Part shown: one piece after another, positions 11,845-25,329 of the stretch
How positions within the stretch are numbered: the stretch's first letter is position 1
Layout of the letters: every line of letters begins with the position of its first letter
NCBI GenBank assembly: GCA_052426225.1
Contig: JBNJNM010000009.1
Location: 186,001 to 250,000 of the forward strand
Direction of reading: 5' to 3'
Length of the DNA: 64,000 bases
From: Zancudomyces culisetae HAW-14-8
Taxonomy: Eukaryota > Fungi > Kickxellomycota
Position numbers and translations under genes: made by a program
The notes under the pieces: generated by a model
What the model was told of the DNA's origin: nothing
Database searches by the model: none
What the model saw: only the letters and a program-made list of their open reading frames with translations

Positions 11845-13537
11845 TTATGAATGTGTGGGCATGTGTACAGAAGCGTTGCTGTGTTCAGCATCTTCCTTGC
11901 GCCAGTGGCTTGTCACAGTCTTGAACTGTGTGTAGAACTGGATTCCACTTCGACCATAAAAGTTCAAGTCACCGTAGAAACTGGCCTTGTTTCCAGTAAA
12001 TGAAAACATTGGCAATGGGACTGGAATAGGCACGTTAATTCCGACATTTCCAGAGTGAATTTCAGACTCAAACTTTCGTGCACTGCTACCTGATTGTGTG
12101 AATAGGGCAGCACCATTACCATATCGGTTTGCGTTGGAAATTTGGATGGCCTCCTCCAAAGTGTCAGCACGCAAAATAACAAGTACAGGTCCAAAGATCT
12201 CGTTTTGGTAACATTGCATGTTTGCCTTTACGTTGTCAAGAATGGTTGGTCCCAGGAAGTTTCCGTTTGGATACTTGGGCACGCTTGGCTTTCGTCCATC
12301 TAGCAACAGTGTGGCACCTTCATCAACGCCACTTTGGATCAGACCCTCAGCTCTGGCTAGCGCATCTTTGGTTATCATTGGGCCAACATCTGTGTCCTTC
12401 TCAAAGCCACCATTCACCTTGAGCTTCTTTGCGCGCTCCACAACCTCTCCAATCCAATCTTGTGCTTTGCCAACAAACACTGCTGTGCTCAACGCCATGC
12501 ATCGCTGTCCTGCTGCCCCAAATGCGGCACCTACCAACGAGTTTAGTGTGTGCTCTTTGTTTGCGTCAGGAAGCACAATTCCGTGATTCTTGGCTCCATT
12601 GTTGCACTGCACACGCTTTCCACGGCTAGTTCCTCCAACATAGATTGCCTTTCCTGCAGCATCTCCCCCAACAAATGACAACGCTCTGATTGATGGATGC
12701 TCAATCATGAAATCGACTGTAGGTCTTGAACCGTGTACAATGTTCAGTGCTCCCTTGGGAATTCCAGATTGCATTGCCAATTCGGCCAACATCACAGCTG
12801 CACCTGGGTCCCTTTCTGATGGCTTCAACAGCACTGTGTTTCCTGTTGCCAGAGCAATTGGGAACATCCACAATGGGATCATCGCTGGAAAGTTGAATGG
12901 GCAGATTCCACCTACCACCCCCAATGGCTCTCTGATAGTGTATGTATCCATATCCTTTGCAACTTCAATTCTGGTTCCAAGCATCAGGTCTGGCAATCCT
13001 CCGAGATTCTGTACAACTTGTAGCCCTCGGGTAACATCTCCCACAGCATCACTAAACACTTTTCCTTGTTCGCTGACTATGTTTTTTGCTATCTCATTCA
13101 TATTCTCCTTGATCCGATGCTGAAACTCCAGCATGATGTTGTGTCTTGCTATCACAGACGTCTTTTTCCATGTCTTGAACGCTAGCTCTGCGCTATGTGT
13201 TGCTTCCTCCAGCTCCTGCTTTGTGGCCTGAGGTACTCTTGATTCTACCTCCTGTGTTGCTGGGTTAAGTACATCGTAGTATGTGTCTGTTTGCGATTCC
13301 ACAAACTCTCCATTGATCAACAATTTGGCCTTTGCGCCCTTTTGTGGTACTGTGACATATCCCCTGCTACCCACGTTTCTGTAGTTTATTTATTTATTTA
13401 TTATATTTGTTTTTTACATCACGTTTTTTCCAGTGAAAAGAATTAATATAACCAGCCAACTTGTGATAAAGATATACCTACCTTGTAGCCGCAAATAGCC
13501 TCTTTGTGCTTTTTCCTCTTAGTGAAAACCCAATCAT
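11845..13537 (-). CDS. Methylmalonate-semialdehyde dehydrogenase (ALDH6), mitochondrial; 2 exons (13537-13482, 13378-11845)
   Basis: ALDH6 motifs '[16 protein letters not shown]', '[11 protein letters not shown]', 'EIFGPVL'. A GT-AG intron at 13481-13379 joins a presequence-like exon ([19 protein letters not shown]) in frame. Confidence 0.93.
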
Positions 13538-14371
13538 TCTTGTTTTACCTCTAAGCGCGGTCTCTTGCTACTTGTTTTTATATCTTATCCTATGGTGCTT
13601 TCGTTTAACTGAAAAAAAAGGATATCGTATAAATATTTCCTATTTTTGGTATATATTCGGTTTACCCAAAGGATTTTCAAGAACAAAAAAAAAAGTGTTT
13701 TATAACTATATTGTCGTTTATTACTCCTTTGGTTTCAGTTATAGACCTAACACCCGGGTCATTGCTTTTGTTTTTTTCTCCCCCCTCGTTTCATTTACCA
13801 TGTATTCTCCATTACGTTATGTCCGTGGGTTGGTTTGTGCAGTTTTTTATTATTTTTTGTGAACATCAAGCCATGAATGAATGGTCTGAAAACAACCTCG
13901 CCAAATACTACTCTGGTGATTTGAACCATTGTTGCCTATTGAAATCCAGCTCTGGCTAATTTTCTACATGTTAAATGAGTACGTTGACCAAACAATTTTA
14001 TTTGTTTTTTTTAATTAGATTAATCACTCTGTTCAAATGTTTCATATCTTTCCGCGCGATTTTTTTTTTCACACGTTAACAAATTGTCTGAACGGATCCC
14101 TCTAATTGCCAAAAAAAAAGAGTCAAACTTTTTGATAAGAACAGGTTCCGAACTCACACAACTGTGGACATTCACCACTCTTGTCTTCAATCATCAGCCA
14201 TCGCTTTCATGGAAATTACTGCATTCATTCCAAGAAATCCAACTGCGCCTTGAAGACATGATTTGATTGCTGTATCACCTAATATGAAAACCAGAACTGT
14301 GCTAAACTGGCTCAGCTTTATTTAAGTCCAAAACAGATCAATGTACACCATCGAAAAAATAAATAAATACT

Positions 14372-15130
14372 TTATTTGAAAGGAGCCTCAAACTCTTCAA
14401 TATAGTCGTCCTCTTCAATTGCGCAAGCAACCCATTCCTTAACAAGTTCATTGTCAGTTATCAGCTTAATGTACTTTAGACTGTATTCATCAGTTACACT
14501 CAATGAATAGTTTTTGATTCTAAAAACTATAGGTGCAAAGAATGCATCTACAATTCCAAACTCTCCAAACAAATAACCGTCATCCCGGACATTTCCCTGT
14601 GCCTGTGGTCCATATCTGGCATTGCCCCTGGTGGCTTCAAACTGAGCACGACACTCACTCCATAGTGCTGTGATACGGGAGACATCAGTATCAACTTGGG
14701 CAACTCTCCATTTTTCTTTGAATTCACGCTGGGTCAATACGTTGAACGGGAACTTGTCTCTCAGTGCCATAAATCCTGAATGCATTTCGGACACTGCTGA
14801 ACGCGCAATAGCTCTATCTAGCCAAAACTCGGGCCATAGTTTATTCGTGGTTAATCCAAATTGTTTCGAAAATTCACAGGCCCACTCAGTGATTGATAGC
14901 GAATCCCAAACAATTACCGGCTCTTCTATTCCCTCTACAGTTAGATGCACTGTTGGTACCTTTTTCGATGGAGAAGCCTTAAGCACCTTTTCGGGAAAAT
15001 CCGGTTTGTTTGACAAGAAATGGTGTAGCTTGAAATCCACACCTGCTAATTTCAATACCAACCATCCCCGCATCGACCAAGACGAATATTTGTAGTCGAT
15101 AATGTAAAGATCAACCTGATTTACTTTCAT
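14372..15130 (-). CDS. Glutathione S-transferase (YSSWS-type, resembling bacterial GSTs)
   Basis: 'YSSWSMRGWLVLK', 'SPSKKVP', 'VWDSLSITEW', 'RAIARSAVSEMHSGF.ALR', 'YLFGEFGIVDAFFAP'. Confidence 0.85.
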   Translation of the reverse strand: MKVNQVDLYIIDYKYSSWSMRGWLVLKLAGVDFKLHHFLSNKPDFPEKVLKASPSKKVPTVHLTVEGIEEPVIVWDSLSITEWACEFSKQFGLTTNKLWPEFWLDRAIARSAVSEMHSGFMALRDKFPFNVLTQREFKEKWRVAQVDTDVSRITALWSECRAQFEATRGNARYGPQAQGNVRDDGYLFGEFGIVDAFFAPIVFRIKNYSLSVTDEYSLKYIKLITDNELVKEWVACAIEEDDYIEEFEAPFK

Positions 15131-16406
15131 TTTTTTTCTTCTTTGGCTTTGTACTTTATCGTTTATCTGCTAGACTTTGATCTTTGCTGTTTTACTCTTA
15201 ACCTACTAATACAAAAACAGAACTTGGGACACGAGTCATATTATATGGCCTGACGGATCAACAGCTCCAGGGATAATATCCATCAAATCGAATTTAACCC
15301 CTGAATCCCTTTTTCACAATTAAACCAGTCAATCGCCCAGGACTTTGAAACCCAAAAAAAAATTTCTTTAGACTTTGACTCGCAAATTGCCTAAAAATAA
15401 AAAGCAAATTTGTACAGTTTACTTTAGCACATTATTCCATCAAGTTCCAATATGCTGAGATTGTTCTAAAAGACTCTAATATACTATACACATCTGTGAG
15501 TTGAGAATAATAAAATCATAATTGTTTGTGTTGTGCTTCAAATAGTTATATTGAAGAGAAAAGTGGATAAAAATTAGCATAAAATTTCTAGAATAAATAT
15601 AATCCGTCCACTAATGCTGTTATAATTCAAAAGTTGGTCCTAAAATACACTTAGAATCCAGAAAACCAATACCAACTTTGTCTAATACCACAAATACAAA
15701 CAGCCTTCAGTGCAAATAGATGCTATTAACACTAAAAATTATGAATATGTGGTTGGTTTATGGTGCAGTATTAAATAACCCTCGCGTCTAATGCTATACC
15801 ACCAACAGGTTTACGCTTATAACACCAGAAACCCGACCATGTAGTGTATTTAGTTACGTAAATCATACATATACACTACTAAATCCCTGTACACCCACTC
15901 TCTTGGCTGGAGATATTTATTTCGTGTATTACATTTTGGCATTTTTGCCTTTGACACTCTAAAACGATCAGCCCCAGTTAAGGTTAAAGTATAAAAAATT
16001 GGTCAAACTGTTAGAAGGAGTCACAGCTTTGTTTGAGTATTTCCTTTAGGGTCGATGTAAACAGTGTCAGCTTTAGGACGCTACATCAGTCAAAAACTGT
16101 AAAATACCACAAAATACCATAACTAACCTTGGTTACTTGTTTTTCATGACATTTTATTCTCTAATTTTTCTTTTAGTAAATATTGTATGATAGCTGGTGG
16201 CTGGTAGCCATTTGAAATTCAAGTTTGACTAGTAAAATTACAACATAGACTCGCTAAGAGCATACCAATCATATAAAATACTTCTTGATGTACCTACTTG
16301 ATAAATAAAAACGCGATATTATACTGACTGAATAGCAGAACATATACAGTGATTCACTGGACATAATCCTAATATTCATACTGACATATATTACACAGTG
16401 ATAGAT

Positions 16407-18806
16407 TTAAGCACAGCTCGTAGAATCCACAGCCGAGTCAAAGCTGGAATATGCGTGATTTTTATTGATAGATTCACATCCACGAGTTGCATCATTTCTC
16501 TGTGCTTGTTTAGTGGGGTTGTACAATAGTTCAGTAAAGTTAAAGCCCGAAAAAGCTTCCCTATAATTGGAAAAGCCTAAACTTTGGTCAAAGATAGGAT
16601 GCTGATTTTTATACATATCCGTGGCATTTGTACTTAAAATAGGGTAAAAGGCACGCTCAACCATTTGTTTGCACTGCTTAAGCAACATGATATTTTGGGG
16701 GTGTGCGCCAGAGTCTACAACCTTTACATAAAAGTCTTTAGGATCATCATCCAGAGTTGGATAGTTGATGTTATGAGCACTGTATTTCTCGGATGGCTGT
16801 GTTGAGATGCTTAGACCTTCCAATGGCAAGTGTAGTTCATCTGATTCCCTTGCTATTGGCTTCAAGTCAACCGCCATTATAAGACGTTTTTTACTAGTTT
16901 TGTTGGCTGAAATAGATGTGGGTTCTTGGTTTGTACCCAAACCTTTTTTTGCAGCAATTCTACTCAACAGGAACGGGTCATGGATCTTTGGGTTTGATGG
17001 AACATGACAACATGCATTTTTGAGATAGCTGCTTCCATTTGGAATCAACCACGGATTGTAGTCATGTGGTGAAAGCATTTTCATTGCAAAGTTTGGTGGT
17101 ATGTTCCTAAATTTGGCGTTGGCCTTGTCATAGCTTTTTTTAAGATCAGAAATGTTTATAATTATATAGGTATATGTCTTTGCTAATAAAGATGTTGATT
17201 TAAGTGTTTCAAAGTATTGAATTACCACATTTTTTCCATTTATAATTGCATTGTGTCTATTCAGATCTTTGATGTATTCCATATTGGTTAGATATTTAAA
17301 GGCATGAAAAGCCAAATTGTTCAGTTCCACATCAAACTTATCAAGTGAAAAGTTCGACATTAGCCAATGGAATACTTCTGCAAAGCGAATAGTGTTATCA
17401 ATTACTATTGTTTTTGCCAGTTTTACCCTCTCTGGTGGGATATCCACATCTTCATAGTAAGCTACCTCGGATGTAGTTATATGTAGATTTGCTACACATG
17501 TGTTAAGAATCAACGTACAGTAGCGTAGTATAAAGTATTCAATATTCATTGTGTTGACTATATCTGGGTTGCGTACTCCAAATACCAATATTTTTTTCAA
17601 CTCATTGTGAAATTTCACCACGACACTCTCCTGAAACTGTACGGAGTTTGTGAATAGTCTCAAATAGCACCGATAGTCTTTATCCATATCCTTTGCTATT
17701 ATACTCTCCCTCCGGTTAATAAAAGTTACATTTGCATGTCTTATTTTGAACAGCATCACATATGAAGCAAATGTATGAAATTTGAATTCTCCTTCACTGC
17801 TTAGAATCATGTCACCTCTTTTTGCTGAGTTGGTTTTTGAAAGGGTGAATTTTGAATCTGTATGCCACAGACGATCATTACTTGGTAAGTTTACAAATAC
17901 GTCCTTCAGTTGTATTGAAGGTTGGATCGATACTGCTTCAGATAATAATATGGAGAAAATGTACAAGCACCACCAAAGGCGTCGCTTAAGTTCCTTCTCT
18001 ACGATCAAATCCTCACTCTGATTAGCGGAGGTGTTGATGCAATATGCATCAACTCTATGCAATTTCATTGAAATAGCCAGCCTGGCAGCTAGATAGAGAT
18101 GTTTTGTGCACTGTGTTAAGATTCCAAGTGTAGTATAGTATCTGGCTAACACTATCATTGTCCATATACTCAAACAATCCGGATTGCTGATTACTGTTAC
18201 CATATGTTCAGTTACATAATTCAACGTCCGTTTACGCCTCTCTTCAGTAAATGCTTCTAGAAACTTATCATCTTTTAATACAGTTGATCCCATCAGCAAA
18301 AGAGTACAAACTACGTATTTCGGTACTTGAAAGCTCTTTATGTTTTGTATAAACTGAGGAATCCTTAGAACATTTGCAAGCAAAGGATAGCGATACATAA
18401 ACGTATCCATTAGCTCATCTATCACGTTTCGCAGGAGTCTTGATAGCTCTATATCCTCGGAATCCCTGCCAATGTTATTCTGGATGTTTATGTTGATGGT
18501 GCAAACGTTTGTCATCAAGTTTTTTATTTGAACTTTTATATCCTGGTTAAGGTCTCTGGTCGAGTCAGATTTCTTTCTTTTGACTTGTTTGTCTAATATT
18601 TTAACTTTTTTTTCGATACCCAAGAGCTTTCCATACAAGACCTCATTTATGGATCTCTTCTTCACTTTCTTTTTTTCGTTAAGTCTGAACCGTATTATGT
18701 GCTTTTTGTAGGAGCTGTCGGTATCTGATTTGAACTTTATCCGTTTGCTGCTGCTACCAGCGGATACCTTACTTCCAGGCTTTGTTTGCGTCATTATAAA
18801 AACCAA
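16407..18806 (-). CDS. Fungal-specific transcription factor domain (Fungal_trans) protein
   Basis: 'LAARLAISMKLHRVD....EKELKRRLWWCLY...LPSNDRLW' signature. No Zn2Cys6 cluster seen; start codon uncertain. Confidence 0.7.
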   Translation of the reverse strand: MVFIMTQTKPGSKVSAGSSSKRIKFKSDTDSSYKKHIIRFRLNEKKKVKKRSINEVLYGKLLGIEKKVKILDKQVKRKKSDSTRDLNQDIKVQIKNLMTNVCTININIQNNIGRDSEDIELSRLLRNVIDELMDTFMYRYPLLANVLRIPQFIQNIKSFQVPKYVVCTLLLMGSTVLKDDKFLEAFTEERRKRTLNYVTEHMVTVISNPDCLSIWTMIVLARYYTTLGILTQCTKHLYLAARLAISMKLHRVDAYCINTSANQSEDLIVEKELKRRLWWCLYIFSILLSEAVSIQPSIQLKDVFVNLPSNDRLWHTDSKFTLSKTNSAKRGDMILSSEGEFKFHTFASYVMLFKIRHANVTFINRRESIIAKDMDKDYRCYLRLFTNSVQFQESVVVKFHNELKKILVFGVRNPDIVNTMNIEYFILRYCTLILNTCVANLHITTSEVAYYEDVDIPPERVKLAKTIVIDNTIRFAEVFHWLMSNFSLDKFDVELNNLAFHAFKYLTNMEYIKDLNRHNAIINGKNVVIQYFETLKSTSLLAKTYTYIIINISDLKKSYDKANAKFRNIPPNFAMKMLSPHDYNPWLIPNGSSYLKNACCHVPSNPKIHDPFLLSRIAAKKGLGTNQEPTSISANKTSKKRLIMAVDLKPIARESDELHLPLEGLSISTQPSEKYSAHNINYPTLDDDPKDFYVKVVDSGAHPQNIMLLKQCKQMVERAFYPILSTNATDMYKNQHPIFDQSLGFSNYREAFSGFNFTELLYNPTKQAQRNDATRGCESINKNHAYSSFDSAVDSTSCA

Positions 18807-21634
18807 AGAAAAGAATAAAAGCTGTAATTAATTAGTTGTTACGGGATAACAACAACCAATGCACATACCCAGCACCGTATTTATATACCACCATTGCCCA
18901 ATTTCTGACTTTTACATAGTATTCGTTTGAGGAGGATTTTTTTTTGAAATCTAAAACGTTTACTTTTTGACCAGTTTCTTTTATTGACTGCAAATCATTG
19001 GCTTTTTGATTTGGGAACAGAAAAGCGAACACACATAGAATAAAAAGCGAATATAAGATGAAGTCCAGCTCGGTGTTACTATTTGCACAAAGCATCTTTT
19101 AAAATTTTCTGAAATTTTATTAAATCTCATTTAATATACCAAACTTTATGTAATACCGGTTCTTAAAACATATGAACAACTCATACATTCATATCTGGTA
19201 CCATACTGGTATACTATCGTTTGCAAGAAATGTAAATTTTGAAATCGCTTGGAGTAAACCCACATTCGCAAACAAATGGTTAAAGTACTTGCATCATGTT
19301 TTGTACTTTGAAGCCCGGAACTAAAAACAGTTACTTTAAACACCATCCTGTGAAATATTAACACTTCGGAAAATAATAAATCAACATCTGGTGTTTCATT
19401 TATTCGGAGATGGTAGAACGTGTCTGAAAATTCTATACACTACTATTTATGCAACCTAAAGTGGACATCAATCCAATAGTCTAATCGAGTTATGTGATTT
19501 AGGTTCTGTTCTCTGGTAGAAATGTGTGCAGAAAAATATGTAGTTGCGAATATGACATACTTTATGTTACCTTTTACTTCTGCACCAGTAATTTTTTAAA
19601 GTTTCATCAGAAGGTATAAATTTTTTATTTTGCTGAACTAGTAATGAAAAGTTCATTGGAAGTTCGACTAGCTAATATTTCCGAAATCGCTTTTTAATCA
19701 TGATTTACATTGCACCTAGTCAAAGATATCAAATAGGAAGCTAGGATGTTAAGGCCAAGCTTACTAATGTGCTGAAAAGTAGATAGCACAATCAAGGGGT
19801 TGTTTGCAATAGAGCAATAAAGTTAACATTACCTCAATAATACTGAGCTTTCTACGTTTCTAATACAATTGTATCATTTTTGTGCAGATGCTAGTCTTTT
19901 TCACTACAAATATAGGCTCATCCATTCATATTCCAGCTAAAAAAACAAGCCATCATTTTACTTTTTAACGAGCCTGCTTTGCATTAATTTGCATTAATCA
20001 AAATCAAGAAAGCTACTTGAGTATATTCAATTGAAGTTATACATATACAATTTCGTCTATACAAATGGCACTTGACTAGACTATTGGTTTTAGTGATTTT
20101 AAATACCTAAATATTTTAGGATTCTTGATATATCTAATAACAATATAATTTCATCTGTCTTCCATCAGTGTTAAGAAAAGTTGGTCAGAGGTAGCATGGC
20201 GATTCTAGGCAAAATTGGCTGGAGAGGAGTCTATAAGTTTGGAGTTTTAATTTCCAGGTTGACTCCATAAGCCTTTTGGTGGCGATGCTACAACAGTACC
20301 CAAAGTTCTTGGGTTTTATTTAGACATTATAAACAAAGTAATACGGCAAACACAGAACTTTAAAAATAAATAATTCTGTTTAATATCGATATGAGACAGA
20401 TACGGACCAAGAGTGGCTAGGAGTGGCTTGGGGAAATAAGTATGTTGGGCTGAACTTGTCAACATAGACACGAGTATAATGAACCAAATACTAATTTACG
20501 TACAAGTCGAGTCTTTTTATACCTAGATTTGGTGGTGGTGGTGGTGATGGTAATAGTGGCGATAAATAAGTATTTCTTTATAAAACTATAGTAAAGAAAT
20601 GTGATAAAAGGAATACTTCACTTCAGAACTTGGTGACTATTACAATTTCATTTTTTATAGCGCACAAGGCAAGAAAAAAAAAGGCCAAAGCAAAGGCTGA
20701 AAGTATCAAGTGACCTATTTTAACGGGTTAATTCGCTATCTTGCTTATTTTTTTGTCAGCCATATATTGCTAAGCTAAGTATTGTGTATAAAGCTCATTC
20801 AGTGCAACTATTGGTCAGCTGAATAAATATAGGATAAAATACGCTTAAAACGAAATTTCGAAATGAGGACTTTTTTTTGTTGATTGTATCACTCCAATAA
20901 ATTAAATAGTTAATAACATAAATATAGTTAGAATTTGTTTTTTTCATTTTGTTGAAGTGTTATTTGAATTTCACAAATTAATTATAAGGAAACAATTGGA
21001 TGTTTCCTTCCCAATAAGCAGTTGTATTAAAGAACCAACATTGGCACTCAAAACATAAAATTATGCCTATTATATAATCCCGCCTGTAAAAATGAAGCAT
21101 ATCAAGTTTATATTTTTGGCTTTGCATTTTGCCATAAATCTCATGTTCACATTACAACTGTAATAGAAGCGTTTTTTTTTTTTGAAGGCTGTTTTATATT
21201 GGAAATACAATATTGAGCTAAAAAAAAATAACTGCAACAAATTGAAACAACACCATTAATGAATAAAATAAGACAAATAATATTATAGTTAACTAAATCA
21301 GCAATTTCGACACTGAGCTTTCCAATTTTGTGGCAATAACAACACGATTGAGACTGCTAACTTTGATTCAGGGAGTTTATTTTTTGAATTTCAAAAATCA
21401 CATTAGATAGCATTGTGTTAATACTCATCCCAAAGGTAGCGAACCAAAAAAAACAAGGAAGGAGCGGACATAAAAATATTCGTGGATGGTTATCTTTGAC
21501 CTTTACAAATACAAGTATTGGACTACATTAGTTTGTTGAATAATCAGGGAGAAGCGATACACTTTTTGGTGTGGAATAGTTTATTTTAGACAACGTATAA
21601 AGAGAAATAGAAAATAAAAAGTAGAAAATAGAAA

Positions 21635-23546
21635 ATGGCGTCAGTATCCAAAAGTATTGTGCGTTCAATGTAAGTTTCGAAATCTGACGTTGAGGGATGG
21701 TGAATAGCATATAAAATTAGGAGCCTGTTATGAGGAAAATATAGTAATTAGATTATTTAAAATTAATGGAAAAAATAGGAAGAATGCAACAATGGGATAC
21801 ACACAGGTTCAAAACAAGGTGCGGGATTGTACATCCTCAAAAGAAGATATGCCGAGTCTGGCAACAGCAGGTGAAATAGCTCAGCTTACTTTTAACAGGT
21901 AGGTATTATTAGAATTGGGGCGTTGTGGGAGTTGGAATAGAGGGAAACGAGAATTGTTACTAGAAAAGCAGTGTGATAATATAATAGGTATAGTCTGGTA
22001 GATATATTGGAAATTCTTGACAAGCGATTGAATGACAAGGGGAGGTTATGGAGACATGTGTACAAGGTACTAAATTTGAATGCATTTTTTTTGATATTCA
22101 GGATAAACAGGGTACTAACGATTTGAAATCTTTGGGGGCAATGTGTGGGTGATAATTTTGTGTATGCAAATAGTCGCTCATGTTGGTTGAGTTTTGCTTG
22201 GTTATGGGTTCAATGGAATTTGTAGACTATTTTAGAGAGAATTTATATATAATCCGAACGCTAGTAGAATTCCAACATATAGATGAGAACGGAAGGGATA
22301 GAGGGAATGTAGGCAAGTAGTGAAATATACACATATAATTTTAACTCAAAGAACATCAAAAATATAACAAGCATAAAAATAAATTACAATAGTTAGAGAA
22401 AAGGCGCGGGAGGTGACAGCGCTGTTGAACGATAAGGATAGGCTGACCTCGCTAAGAGGGAAGAAAAAGCTTCCAGAGCAAAAAAGAGGTAGCGCAGATT
22501 ATGACAGCTACGATACACCAAGATGGATGGAGCATGCAGGATCACGTTACCGCACTTCGACATCGGCAACAGCGTCAATAGCAGCAACAAGAAAGGGAGA
22601 ATCAAAAGAAGACGAAGACATCCGACGAGCGATAGAATTGAGTCTGCAAGAGTCTAATCAAGCAAAAAATAAGCAAGAAACACCAGTCGTAACGGACGAT
22701 GATTTGGCACTGAAAATGGCTCTTCAAGAAAGTGAACGGTATGTACAAAGTCAAGGCACAGTTAATATGCCTTACAACACTGCGTCGACTTCACAATTTA
22801 ACAACTCAAACATGTATGGCTTTGACGGTCTTTCCAATGCCCAGTTTGGGTACGGCTCTGAGTTTGGCTCAACTGTCTATGCAACCAATGATCCGTTGAG
22901 TCTCCAATCACAGACTCCTGCTTTTGACGTGAATTCGGCTCCATTTGATTTTGGAAACACCGCCAATCCCAACTCGCAGTTTATGTTTGGTACTGCTGCT
23001 GACAATGCTGCCATGTCCAAACGTGCGGCAAAGGCTGAACTTGAGGCTCAAAACCCGTTTGCTGCTCAATTGAATGCTGCCTCCACCGACCCTTTTGGGT
23101 CTTCTGATCCGTTTGGCGCAAGTGCTAAGTTTGGAAATGTTTTCGACACCGGAAAAGAGACCAAACCTTTGCCGTTTGGTGTTGATTTATCTGGGCCAAG
23201 CGCTATGTTGGCTGAAGTTGCAAGAAACTCAAATAGAATCGATCCTTTTGCCAACATTGCCACCAAAAATGGTTCATCTACTACGGCAACTGGTATTGCC
23301 CCCTCAAACCCATTTGCCGCTTCACAGCCCGTCTCCCAAAATTTTGATACAGACTTTTTCCCTTCTGGCTACAACAACAGCAATAATAACACTGTCGATT
23401 TCCAGTCTTCTACTCTGGGCTATGGAAAATTCAACGATTTTACCAACCCAGGGTCTAACCTGGACTCCAATCCAGGCTCCAACTACGGGTCCGCAAAAAC
23501 GCCCCACTCCAACACTTTTGGTTCCTCTCAAAATCCATTCATCTAG
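21635..23546 (+). CDS. Epsin (ENTH + 2 UIM + NPF motifs); 5 exons
   Basis: Spliced ENTH domain (KNATMGYT.VQ.KVR; KRLNDKGRLWRHVYK; LYIIRTL.EFQHIDE.G.D.G..VREKA), UIMs 'EDEDIRRAIELSL' and 'DDDLALKMALQES', NPF/DPF motifs. Last intron is GC-AG (22313-22392). Confidence 0.9.
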
Positions 23547-25329
23547 CTTTCTTTTTTTAAACTTACTTGACTATGGCTTTTTCTTTTGGTGTAATTTTTC
23601 CTTGAATCATATTTATATTGCCATAATTTTTTTAATGGCATCGTTTACAGAACCAGGCTTATTTCTTAACTCACACATACTCAGTTTTAAGCACCATTTA
23701 AAAAAACTGAAAAGTTTATCGAGGAGATCAACCAAATTAATTAAACAATGTTTTTAGGGGGTGTTTACCAAAGATTTGCGAAATGCCTGGCATTATCCAT
23801 TCTCGTTTTTCACCCTTAACATGCAAATCTTGTACTATAATCATGAGTGTAAATCGGTGGTCATAATAAAATCATAATGTACAAGTTTTTTTTTTATTTA
23901 TCTATTTTTATTAGTACCTGCTGAATAATAAGGAACACGAAAAACACACTTCGGTTAAAAAACAAAAATATTTGTTGGGTACAGGCTTGATTAACCTCAT
24001 GAAAACCATTTTTTATATACACTAATTTAACAAAACCTAAAATCCAATAACAATTTCTTTATTCTACTCTTTCCTTCATTTGCCCTAACCACTTTTCCTC
24101 TCACTCATATTCTTCAAATATGGAAAAAAAGTGTATTTGAAGTTTGCTTTGGATTTACTTTGGTAAAATCTCACTCAAATTGCTATTCTGGCAAAAAGTA
24201 ATTATTAAAAAACGGAAGGAAAACGTGCTTCTTTTCAGTCCACTCCTCCCTTTCTATATTTGACGATACAGTCGGGTAGTTTAATAAGAATTAAGTAAGC
24301 ATCATACATTAAATTATAAATGATCTTTTTGATAGCTTGACCCTTTACACATATTATTACTTTTAACATGCTTATAGCAATTGATAAAATATATAGAAAA
24401 ATGAGGCTGGTCTAGTCTTTTTTTTTTTTGACTTGGAGTCATTGAGCTAAACTTTAATCCTGTACAAATCCAAGAATCAGGTAGCTGAGTATACTAATAT
24501 TCATCTTGATTTTAAAATTTCGGATACCCCATTCCTCCAATTTAACATTTACAAAGTAAAATGACTTTCTTTATTTGATACAACCAAAAAAAAAAGATAT
24601 TTGGCGTTATGTTTGAATTCAGAGAAACCATATTTAACCAAAAACAATCAATCGCCATTGTCATGAAAATGCATCCATCAATAATACCAACGAATTCTCT
24701 TTTCTTTATTCCGCTTTTTTCTCTTATTTAGCGAAAAATTTCATTTCAAAGCATTGATTATCTGTAGTGATAAATTGTAGATCATTGCATGCTTGCACTA
24801 TTCATACAATTATCATTAGATACTAGCAAATCAATCCATTCGACCTGTTTTTGGCTACTTTCCTTTCATTCCAAGTAAAGTTGTCTAATTCACGTTGTCA
24901 CCTATTTTTATTTGACTAATCGCTGCAAAGTCCCGATATTCTACTACTTGTAACAAAATGTGTAATTTCAAAAGTTTTATTCTTTTGGCAATTCACTTAT
25001 TCATCATTTTCTCTATTTCTACCACGATCACAAAAAGTATTCGTAATATATATATATATATACAGTAAACATTTGTGCTTCTATAAACAGTATAGTAGAT
25101 ATAAAATTAGTATAAGGTCTTTATAATATTATTTTAAAAAACAACTGCATTAGCATAATTAAAGAAAGTAGCAGATTACTAAAAAAACAACCAGACAGCC
25201 TTGCTAAGCCATCAAAGAATTAGAAATTTTTTCTATTTCTGCAAAGCTTTAAAAATAAGTAATATTTAAAAAAGGCGTTTGAGGCAAGAAAAGAGTGGAT
25301 GTCATTAGGAACTTGTCTGGGTTATTAAA

